31,494 nt of DNA from positions 1 through 31,494 of IMG/VR virus record IMGVR_UViG_3300017700_000144; one strand, written 5' to 3'. Below the pieces are notes generated by a model. That model saw nothing but the letters and a program-made list of their open reading frames with translations. It was not told the origin of the DNA and ran no database searches. Each line of letters begins with the position of its first letter. Within the stretch, counting starts at the first letter, position 1. Source of the stretch: a virus (lineage: Duplodnaviria; Caudoviricetes). A program made the translations under genes and the position numbers. Positions 1 to 7,196 of the stretch are shown here, in pieces.

Positions 1-858
1 AAGAATCACACACTTATAGGGGACGTAAATGACCTCGTTGGAAGCCCAGCAGGATGGTTCGATACCGAACTCGCTCGAGAGTTTAGCGAAGAGCTTGGAC
101 GTAGACTCGTTCAAAACCTTGCCCCCAGACCTGAAGTTCCTACTTTACGTCTATCACAAATGGGTCCGCGCTGCCCAAAGCAATTGTGGGGAAGTATACA
201 TCAGCCAGATGTACAAGAGGCCCTCCCCGCCTCCGCAAGAATTAAATTCACCTATGGCCATCTAATCGAAGCCCTCGCAATTGCGATGGCCAAAGCAGCC
301 GGCCATGAAGTCACGGGAGAGCAAGATGAGCTTGTTGTTGATGGTATCAAGGGCCACCGAGATTGCGTCATTGACGGGTGTATTGTTGATGTCAAGTCTT
401 GCAGCAGCATGGCTTTTCAGAAGTTTCGCGACAAATCGATTGCGTCGAACGACACTTTCGGTTATCTGGATCAGCTGGACGGCTATCTATTGGGCTCAGT
501 TGATGACCCTCTTGTCCGTGTGAAAGACAGAGGGTATCTCTGGGCTATCGATAAACAACTAGGAAGGATGTGTCTTTATGAACACAGACTTAGAGAAGAC
601 TCAATACATAAAAGAATTGAGGAATATAAGCGAATTGTGGTGCTCCCTGAGCCCCCTGCTTGCGCTTGCAATACAGTCGCCGACGGCAAATCGGGAAATA
701 TTAAACTCGATGTCAAAGCAAGCTATTCTTCTTTCAAATACTATTGCTTCCCTCATCTCAGAAAATTTCTCTACGCCTCCGGACCAGTCTACTTGACTAA
801 GGTTGTACGTAAGCCTGACGTTACTGAGGTTGACAAGTACGGCAAAATCGTTTATTGA
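1..858 (+). CDS. Cas4-like PD-(D/E)XK exonuclease (5' partial)
   Basis: Frame of the 160..858 ORF is open back to base 1. Motifs LRLSQMGPRCPKQLW, GHLIE, GHRDCVIDGCIVDVKS and YLDQLDGY match phage Cas4-like/RecB-type nucleases. Confidence 0.85.
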   Translation, partial: KNHTLIGDVNDLVGSPAGWFDTELAREFSEELGRRLVQNLAPRPEVPTLRLSQMGPRCPKQLWGSIHQPDVQEALPASARIKFTYGHLIEALAIAMAKAAGHEVTGEQDELVVDGIKGHRDCVIDGCIVDVKSCSSMAFQKFRDKSIASNDTFGYLDQLDGYLLGSVDDPLVRVKDRGYLWAIDKQLGRMCLYEHRLREDSIHKRIEEYKRIVVLPEPPACACNTVADGKSGNIKLDVKASYSSFKYYCFPHLRKFLYASGPVYLTKVVRKPDVTEVDKYGKIVY

Positions 859-883
859 CATTAATTACTATATAGGATATACT
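855..883 (+). promoter_or_regulatory. sigma70-type promoter
   Basis: TTGACA (855-860), 17-nt spacer, TATACT (878-883). Confidence 0.7.
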
Positions 884-884
884 T

Positions 885-1019
885 ATGGACAAAGCTGATT
901 TGTTTACTGCAAAACAACGTCTCGAAAGTCTTATGAAAGCCTTCAAAAGAATGGCTACAGAAGCAAGAGCCGAAGAGATTGCAAAGTTGAAAGACCTTCT
1001 CAAAGGTGAAGAGAAATAA
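885..1019 (+). CDS. small hypothetical protein, 44 aa (MDKADLFTAKQRLESLMKAF...)
   Basis: Manual translation. TAGGA SD 7 nt upstream; fills the gap between the two nuclease genes. Confidence 0.6.
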   Translation: MDKADLFTAKQRLESLMKAFKRMATEARAEEIAKLKDLLKGEEK

Positions 1020-1380
1020 TTACCTACTTAAAAAGTATGGAATAACAGATGCGCAATACAACGACTTACTGTCTCAACAAGGCGGCTGTTGCGCAGTGTG
1101 TCGAAGACGATCTGATGAATTTAAAACCCGGTTGGCAGTTGACCACGATCATTCAACCGGAGCAGTCAGGGGATTACTTTGTACGTACTGTAATCGAAGA
1201 ATTGTCGGAAGATACCGAAAAGACTTCAACGCTCACCTCTTAAAAGCAGCTTACGATTATTTAATCAATGAATACCCCGGCTGGATAGTCCCACCTAAAG
1301 TAAAGAAAAAGAAATGGAAAAGTTCGTCACTCAAAAAGACCATGAAAAGGCGCGTACGTTTGAATTCTATCGCGGCGTAA
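1006..1380 (+). CDS. Endonuclease VII (His-Me finger) family nuclease
   Basis: KKYGIT..Y..LL..QGGCCAVC...LAVDHDHSTGAVRGLLCTYCN is the endonuclease VII signature. Confidence 0.9.
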   Translation: MKRNNYLLKKYGITDAQYNDLLSQQGGCCAVCRRRSDEFKTRLAVDHDHSTGAVRGLLCTYCNRRIVGRYRKDFNAHLLKAAYDYLINEYPGWIVPPKVKKKKWKSSSLKKTMKRRVRLNSIAA

Positions 1381-1439
1381 TCGCTGGATTTATTTCTACT
1401 ATTCTCGTCTGCCTAGGACTTGCTTACTTCTTCGCATGA
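1314..1439 (+). CDS. small membrane protein, 41 aa, single C-terminal TM helix
   Basis: Manual translation MEKFVTQKDHEKARTFEFYRGVIAGFISTILVCLGLAYFFA; ATGA-coupled to the next ORF. Confidence 0.55.
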   Translation: MEKFVTQKDHEKARTFEFYRGVIAGFISTILVCLGLAYFFA

Positions 1440-1579
1440 ACTACGCTAAAATTCTAGAGACTTATTCTTTGGAAGAAATTCTCGAACTAAATGATTTAAC
1501 TTCCGAAGATGCTCTAGAGTTTCTCATTGATGAGAAGTTTATGACCCTCCCTGATATCCTTCCTGTTGATTATGACTAA
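1436..1579 (+). CDS. small acidic hypothetical protein, 47 aa (MNYAKILETYSLEEILELNDLT...)
   Basis: Manual translation; ATGA overlap upstream, and overlaps the next start. Confidence 0.65.
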   Translation: MNYAKILETYSLEEILELNDLTSEDALEFLIDEKFMTLPDILPVDYD

Positions 1580-1763
1580 ACTAACTCATCCAAAATCCCG
1601 CGCCGAAAGGTTGCGTATTAAAGCCAAGAAAGACAAACGTGAAAAAGTCGATAGAGCACTTGCCGTCAAACGACGGATTGAACAAGAAGCTCTCGAACAA
1701 AAGGAAGTCCTCAATGAGTTCCGGCGAAAAGTTTATGCCACGGAAGAAGGCTCGGACTATTGA
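1572..1763 (+). CDS. small basic hypothetical protein (MTKLTHPKSRAERLRIK...)
   Basis: ORF track 1566..1763; ATG at 1572 overlaps the previous stop. Confidence 0.55.
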   Translation: MTKLTHPKSRAERLRIKAKKDKREKVDRALAVKRRIEQEALEQKEVLNEFRRKVYATEEGSDY

Positions 1764-1938
1764 AGCCGCTATTCCATACCAAACTCTTGAAGATCTTATC
1801 TCAGCCCATCTCTATGCGATTTCTTACGTCAATAATGACGAAGATATCACAAGCGTGGAGTTTCCGAAGACCATCGATCGTAGCAGCCCGGTGGCCATTA
1901 AATTTACTATCAAAAAAGAAGGACGTAAGACTACCTAA
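1714..1938 (+). CDS. hypothetical protein
   Basis: 3' part of ORF 1639..1938. AAGGA SD before ATG 1714; alternative start at 1735. Confidence 0.55.
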   Translation: MSSGEKFMPRKKARTIEAAIPYQTLEDLISAHLYAISYVNNDEDITSVEFPKTIDRSSPVAIKFTIKKEGRKTT

Positions 1939-1939
1939 G

Positions 1940-2182
1940 ATGCCTAAAAAGAGGGACTACAAAAAGGAGTACGCTGATTATCATGGTACACCTGAACAAA
2001 AGAAACGACGAGCGGACAGGAACCGTGCGCGTCGTCATGCAGAAGCTGACGGTCGTGTACACAAAGGTGATGGTAAAGAGCTTGACCACGTCGGGTATCA
2101 CAGGAAAGGTCGACTCAAGAACGTACCAACTCGTGTTGTCTCTCGTACAGCTAATCGTAAAAGGCAACCACCGAGGTCCTGA
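1940..2182 (+). CDS. small basic HNH-like protein (MPKKRDYKKEY...)
   Basis: RDYKKEY...RNRARR...KGDGKELDH...RVVSRTANR matches a small podophage HNH-like family; ATG 1940 directly follows the upstream stop. Confidence 0.75.
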   Translation: MPKKRDYKKEYADYHGTPEQKKRRADRNRARRHAEADGRVHKGDGKELDHVGYHRKGRLKNVPTRVVSRTANRKRQPPRS

Positions 2183-2185
2183 CTA

Positions 2186-2332
2186 ATGGAGTTTAAAGAC
2201 TTCGAATACCCTCATGAGTATTACGAAGCACTTCTTAAGCGTAACCGTGTAAAAAACGCTAAGGCTAAAGAAGAAGCTAACAAAAATACTTATAAGCAAT
2301 TAGAACTATATATAAATTCATTAGGACATTAA
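2186..2332 (+). CDS. small hypothetical protein, 48 aa (MEFKDFEYPHEYYEALLKR...)
   Basis: Manual translation; GAGG SD upstream; fills the gap exactly. Confidence 0.55.
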   Translation: MEFKDFEYPHEYYEALLKRNRVKNAKAKEEANKNTYKQLELYINSLGH

Positions 2333-2352
2333 GTCCCAATAAAGGAAAAAAC

Positions 2353-2541
2353 ATGGATGACAAGAATTATGACTTGGTTGACCGACCGGATGATCTGGTC
2401 ACTGGAGTGGATGCTGAAGCAGCTACTCTCGTTCCGCTTGTGGCTGGAGCCGATGGCACCCTCGTCGCCGCTCGTACTGTTGGAGACGAAGTCTCCGAAG
2501 GTGAAGTTGTCGGTTACGTCCAGACGGACGAAGACATCTGA
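2353..2541 (+). CDS. small very acidic protein, 62 aa
   Basis: AAGGA SD, GC-richer codon usage than its neighbours, followed by a terminator. Confidence 0.7.
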   Translation: MDDKNYDLVDRPDDLVTGVDAEAATLVPLVAGADGTLVAARTVGDEVSEGEVVGYVQTDEDI

Positions 2542-2581
2542 AATCGTAACTCCGGTTATGCCTTGAGCTGACCGGTAAACT

Positions 2582-2628
2582 CCCCCTCTGTACATGGTGA
2601 AAGCCCGAAGCAGAGGGGGTTTTCTTTT
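2582..2628 (+). terminator. Rho-independent terminator
   Basis: Stem CCCCCTCTG (2582-2590)/CAGAGGGGG (2611-2619), 20-nt inner region, then TTTTCTTTT. Confidence 0.75.
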
Positions 2629-2636
2629 GGTGAGTT

Positions 2637-3392
2637 ATGAAAACTTGGATTGAATGGAACATTCAGTATACAGAGGCAATGGCCCTCAAGCTTGTTCCTG
2701 AGTTAAATCGTAATGAACGTAAACAATTATATAAGAAGTATGTAGTAATGAATAATTCTCACTCCCACACCTGTTCCGGAACTTTTAATATTCCTGTAAT
2801 GTTCAATGGTTCTAATTCTTTAGTCAGCGAGCAGTGTGCTGCTGTCACGCCCAAATCTGTTGGGTGGTTTAACCAAAAAGAAGGGAATAATCCCATGCGT
2901 GCCTATTCCGAGACTTACGCCGTCGCCCCGACCGCCATCGCTTCGATCAATGTGCCCTCTGACGAGGCCAAGAAGATCGACTATCTGAATGGCCGTGCGC
3001 GCGACATCCGCAACACCTTCCGCGATACGACCATTCGGAAGATGTTCCATTTCGATGGCCAGACTCTGCCTATGACGTATCGTCAGCTGATCGACGCGAT
3101 CAAGAACGATGAGTTCGAGATCGACGAGAAGCGTGCGAAGCGGATCGACGCGCGGTTCGCTGAATACCAGAATGGCGATGAGTCGTGGTTCGACTATTCG
3201 GCCTTCGATGGTCTGACGTTCACTGGTTTCCCGGAGCCCGACAAGGACGGCTACGCCGCTGCTCAGAAGGAGCTGAAGGCGGAGTACCAGAAGGTCAAGG
3301 ATGCCATCGCGATCCTCGACGCTGAGACCGCTCTCGCCGCCGTTCAGGCGTTTGAGGAGTGGAAGCCCAGCAACGCTCCGACTCTGCACTAA
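2637..3392 (+). CDS. hypothetical protein; main start probably ATG 2895 (165 aa)
   Basis: Long ORF. Codon usage switches to GC-rich at ATG 2895, which has a GAAGGGA SD. Confidence 0.8.
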   Translation: MKTWIEWNIQYTEAMALKLVPELNRNERKQLYKKYVVMNNSHSHTCSGTFNIPVMFNGSNSLVSEQCAAVTPKSVGWFNQKEGNNPMRAYSETYAVAPTAIASINVPSDEAKKIDYLNGRARDIRNTFRDTTIRKMFHFDGQTLPMTYRQLIDAIKNDEFEIDEKRAKRIDARFAEYQNGDESWFDYSAFDGLTFTGFPEPDKDGYAAAQKELKAEYQKVKDAIAILDAETALAAVQAFEEWKPSNAPTLH

Positions 3393-3461
3393 CCGTTACG
3401 TTTCGGGAACCGTATAACCCGGTAATAAGCTAGAGAAGAACCCTTAAGGGTCCCTAGCAGA

Positions 3462-3501
3462 CAAAAGAAAACCCCCTTGCCTTCGGGCTTGGGGGTTTTT
3501 T
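3462..3501. terminator. bidirectional Rho-independent terminator separating the two genome arms
   Basis: A-tract, CCCCC..GCC-TTCG-GGC..GGGGG, T-tract; lies between convergent genes. Confidence 0.9.
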
Positions 3502-3531
3502 CGTGTCGGTACTAGAAGTTAAGTTCTTATT

Positions 3532-4971
3532 TCACTGATATGGATTAATCTGTTGGTAGTTAGGAACATCCTGAGAAGACGTTGGAGAATTAAAAGCTCT
3601 CTTGAATTTGTCCCAATCTAATCGAGCTTGAACATTCCTTGCTTCTACCTCGCCCATTGTACGACGATACATTTCGTATGCTCCGTCTTCATGTTTTTGA
3701 ATAAGACGTTCAGCTTTAATAATATTTCGCATACGATCTACTTCTAGGGGATATTTATTTTCAAAATCTCGGACAAGAGATTCAGCTTCTTTTGGGATCT
3801 CTCCATCCATATCTTTTTCAATAATACGTCTAAAGTTATCAAAACGTTGTTCAGTAATAAGCTTTTTTCTAATCTCTGGTTCTATTTCTTGTTTAACAGC
3901 TATTAACTGTTCTTTAGCAGAAGAAATCATCGAACTAGTAAACATTTTAGGACTACTGCCGTTTACAAATCCTTCATGATATTGAATAGCATGTTGGACT
4001 TCATGCATCAAGGTACTATGAAACTGCTCAGGCTTTAACTCAGCCATTCTAATGACATTGTTATTCCAGTCATAAGAACCGTAATTTCTACTTCCTTTTT
4101 CAACCGGAGCTATTTCAATATTCTTAAGAAAAGGGTAAGCATTGAAAAGATCAGGGTGATGTAGAACATCCTTTAAGAGAGGCTTAGCAGACCATTCCAT
4201 TGTATCATAATTAAACTCAGCTGGTTTAATAGAAACAACTGGAGCGTCTTCACCCCATTTAGTTTCTTTTAACAAATCAGCTTTAAGATTACTTTTACTG
4301 TCGTCTATTTCATAACGCCAACGTCCATCCGCTGATTTATAAAACCCAGTCTTGCCGTAAATCTCATCTGGATGAACTCCGTCCCCAGCCATTTCATTGG
4401 CTTTGTTTAGGAGTTCTTTATTAACTGTCTTACCTTTAACACCAGCAAAACTTCCGAGAGTTCCGTCAGCCATCTTGGCTGCTACAGGCGCAGGTCCGAA
4501 AACCATCATGCCTGCTAGGTCAAGGCTTTGTTCAATAGCTTGTTGGCTATCAGGAGCAATCAATCCTTGGGAGACTTTCCCCGGAAGAGTAAAGGCTTTA
4601 CCTGCGGATTCAACAATTCCTTTGACAATATCCGTCATTCGAATGTTAGACAATGCCTTAGGTATAGCCATCCAGTCAGCAGGTTTCTGGGAAGATTCCT
4701 GCCGTTGAGTTACGTCTAAGGTACTCTGAGCTTCGACATCTCTCCAATCAATTGTCCCGCCAGCCGGCTGAACCGGCTCGGTGGGAGTTATGATAGGAAT
4801 TTCGTCCTGAGGCCCTCCGGGCGTCTCTGGAGCGTTTTCATCACGTTTGGTTATATAGACCCTAGGCAAAGGTTTAGACGCACCAGCGGGCTCCGTAGGC
4901 TCTTCTACGGGCCTTCCAGTCTCTAGTGCATACTCATCTTCGTAGACCTTACCATCAAAGGCAATAGGCAT
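3532..4971 (-). CDS. LPD23 domain / zincin-like (HExxH) protein, probable virion-delivered effector
   Basis: TGFYKSADGRWRYEIDD, LKDVLHHPDLFNAYP, STLMHEVQHAIQYHEGF and YRRTMGEVEARNVQAR recall LPD23 with its associated metallopeptidase-like region in polyvalent proteins. Confidence 0.75.
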   Translation of the reverse strand: MPIAFDGKVYEDEYALETGRPVEEPTEPAGASKPLPRVYITKRDENAPETPGGPQDEIPIITPTEPVQPAGGTIDWRDVEAQSTLDVTQRQESSQKPADWMAIPKALSNIRMTDIVKGIVESAGKAFTLPGKVSQGLIAPDSQQAIEQSLDLAGMMVFGPAPVAAKMADGTLGSFAGVKGKTVNKELLNKANEMAGDGVHPDEIYGKTGFYKSADGRWRYEIDDSKSNLKADLLKETKWGEDAPVVSIKPAEFNYDTMEWSAKPLLKDVLHHPDLFNAYPFLKNIEIAPVEKGSRNYGSYDWNNNVIRMAELKPEQFHSTLMHEVQHAIQYHEGFVNGSSPKMFTSSMISSAKEQLIAVKQEIEPEIRKKLITEQRFDNFRRIIEKDMDGEIPKEAESLVRDFENKYPLEVDRMRNIIKAERLIQKHEDGAYEMYRRTMGEVEARNVQARLDWDKFKRAFNSPTSSQDVPNYQQINPYQ

Positions 4972-7196
4972 TATCGCTTACTCGCTCCATAGCGTCCTTC
5001 AAAAGATCGGCTACGATCGATTTCTTCCAGCATGCGGGCAGGAATTCCACGAACGCTAGTCAGGTCAGCTCCGATACTCCGAAGACTTCGAAGCATGAAT
5101 ACTTCTACATCTTGTCCGCTAGCTTCAGCAACGTTCTTATAATTTTTAAGATTATCATTGATTGTTGTAATGGAGTTTTTAGCTCGGACGTAATAAGAAT
5201 CAGATTCCCCTTGAGTCATGATACTTCCGCCTGAGTTACGTTTACCCGGCTGAGGTTCATATTTGATTTCAAATTGTTTATTATCACTATTCCAACCAAG
5301 ACGAATATTAGGATTCTCTCCAATGCTAGCGAGATTATCTACTTCTTGTTTAATAAGATGTTTACCGAGAGTATCTTCGGTCCATTCTCTATAATTTCTC
5401 CAAACTTCAGGATTAGTCTCTCCAAGTCTTTTCATTTCTTTAGTAATTTCAGGAGAAGTCATTTTCTGGAAAACAGCATTCTGCCCTTGGATCTTACGAC
5501 CTTGATTATCATATCCATCAGGATTGAGTTTGCTAACCCAACTACGTTCTTCTTTAGAAAAAGCTGACAGAGCAAGATTAATTTTCATTGCATCAGAAAT
5601 AGGAACTCCAGAAGCAGTCTTATCTTTACCGATAAGGCTTAGAGTATCCATGACATCTGCAGAAGCTTTTGGAACGTTAACATCTTTCTTTTTCATATCA
5701 TCGAAAAGATCACTTACAGTTGAAGGCTTACCTGTAGCTCCAAAAGAAGACTGCGTCATAAATTCCATCTTCCAACGTTTAAAATAATCCTTATAATCAT
5801 TAGGGTAATCTCCAGAGATCATACCAAGACTCATTTTCCCCATGTTAGATTCTCCAACAATATCTTTAAGAATTTGATTTTGTCGAAGGAAAGGACCGAC
5901 TTTACTATCTCGAAGAAGACTCGCAGTATCTTGATCCTTTTGTCCTTTCAAATCCCTTTGAAGACTGAAAAGAGTACCTGCGTCTTTCCCATACACACGA
6001 TCTGCAAATTCATCAAAAATCTTAAGACTTGCATCGATTTTCTTATTGAGTTCGTCTGTTCCTCCAACAAGATTTTTAGTCAAGCCATTAGCGTCAGCGG
6101 CTCGTTTCATTTCAAAACGAAGTTGAGCACGCATGTTAAGAATACGCTGGCCTTCTTGTTCCCATTGCTGAGGAGTCAATCTAGCTGTTGCAGTAGCTGC
6201 TGAGTCAATATCAGTAATACCAAGCTTATTCATAATTCCATCGACAGCACGGTTAACAATAACAGACGAGGCTTCGTCGTAAAGCTTACCAGCCTGACGG
6301 CTTTTTTCTTCACGTCCGAGGTTTACATCATCCATTTTGGCTTTACGTGTTTGGATTTGGAACTCTTCCTGTTTAGCAGGCATAGCCCATTTGATAACAT
6401 CTGCCGTAGTCCAGTCACCATTTTTAAGCTTTTGTAAAGCAGTAGGAGCATCAACACCATCAGTGATGATCCCCATATTACTTTTAATAATTCCAAAGCC
6501 TTGTGTTAAATCTTTATTAGCAGATTGACTTTGAGCATTAATATCTCGAAGAAGACTATTCACATAAGCATTAGCTGGATTAACTCCAGTTACCTTTGCG
6601 AACTCATCATCGATCTCCTTACGGAAACCCGGATGACGTGCACGAAGATCTTTAGCCGCAGCAAGTAAGCGTCCCTGATAATCAGTATTGCTTATCTTAC
6701 CAGCTTGCCTAGCTCCGTTGAGTCTCTCAAGAGTCTGCGGGAGGTCTGTAGAGATTTCGTCGGGAGGTCCGCCGCCATCGCCTTCACCATCCCCGCCATC
6801 TCCAGAAAGAATACCTTTCATCTTTCCTGAAGCTTTAATACTTTCAAGGTACTCTGTATAATTCTGACGTTCTTTATTAGCAACGTCATAAACCTTATCC
6901 TCAATGTCTTTCTTGATCATTGAGACTCCGGCTTTGCCAAGGAAGTCTGCTCCCTTAGCAATGTCAGCGAAGAGGTCTCCGAAGCCTTTAGCGGCTACGC
7001 CTTCGGCTTGAGCACCATAAGCATCAGCTTGTCCAAGATATTCTGCAGAACGATCTCCGATCTTCTGGCCTTCAGGCATAATCCTGTTCTCTTCTACTCC
7101 ACGAGGTTTAATTACATCGGGAGCATCAATAGGACGAGAGTTATTGCCGTAGCTAGGATCGTTAGTTTTTTGAATAGCTGGATTAACGGGAGCCAT
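4971..7196 (-). CDS. internal virion (ejection) protein, 741 aa
   Basis: Large and helical-looking; lies in the block downstream of the tail genes. Position-based call. Confidence 0.65.
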   Translation of the reverse strand: MAPVNPAIQKTNDPSYGNNSRPIDAPDVIKPRGVEENRIMPEGQKIGDRSAEYLGQADAYGAQAEGVAAKGFGDLFADIAKGADFLGKAGVSMIKKDIEDKVYDVANKERQNYTEYLESIKASGKMKGILSGDGGDGEGDGGGPPDEISTDLPQTLERLNGARQAGKISNTDYQGRLLAAAKDLRARHPGFRKEIDDEFAKVTGVNPANAYVNSLLRDINAQSQSANKDLTQGFGIIKSNMGIITDGVDAPTALQKLKNGDWTTADVIKWAMPAKQEEFQIQTRKAKMDDVNLGREEKSRQAGKLYDEASSVIVNRAVDGIMNKLGITDIDSAATATARLTPQQWEQEGQRILNMRAQLRFEMKRAADANGLTKNLVGGTDELNKKIDASLKIFDEFADRVYGKDAGTLFSLQRDLKGQKDQDTASLLRDSKVGPFLRQNQILKDIVGESNMGKMSLGMISGDYPNDYKDYFKRWKMEFMTQSSFGATGKPSTVSDLFDDMKKKDVNVPKASADVMDTLSLIGKDKTASGVPISDAMKINLALSAFSKEERSWVSKLNPDGYDNQGRKIQGQNAVFQKMTSPEITKEMKRLGETNPEVWRNYREWTEDTLGKHLIKQEVDNLASIGENPNIRLGWNSDNKQFEIKYEPQPGKRNSGGSIMTQGESDSYYVRAKNSITTINDNLKNYKNVAEASGQDVEVFMLRSLRSIGADLTSVRGIPARMLEEIDRSRSFEGRYGASKR

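Noticed and set aside
1-858. Cas4-like gene as a sign of CRISPR-Cas
   Set aside because: No array or other cas genes; solo Cas4-like nucleases are common in phage replication modules.
2601-3490. IS element defined by the inverted repeats
   Set aside because: No transposase motif in the enclosed ORF and no target-site duplication seen; kept only as a cassette finding.
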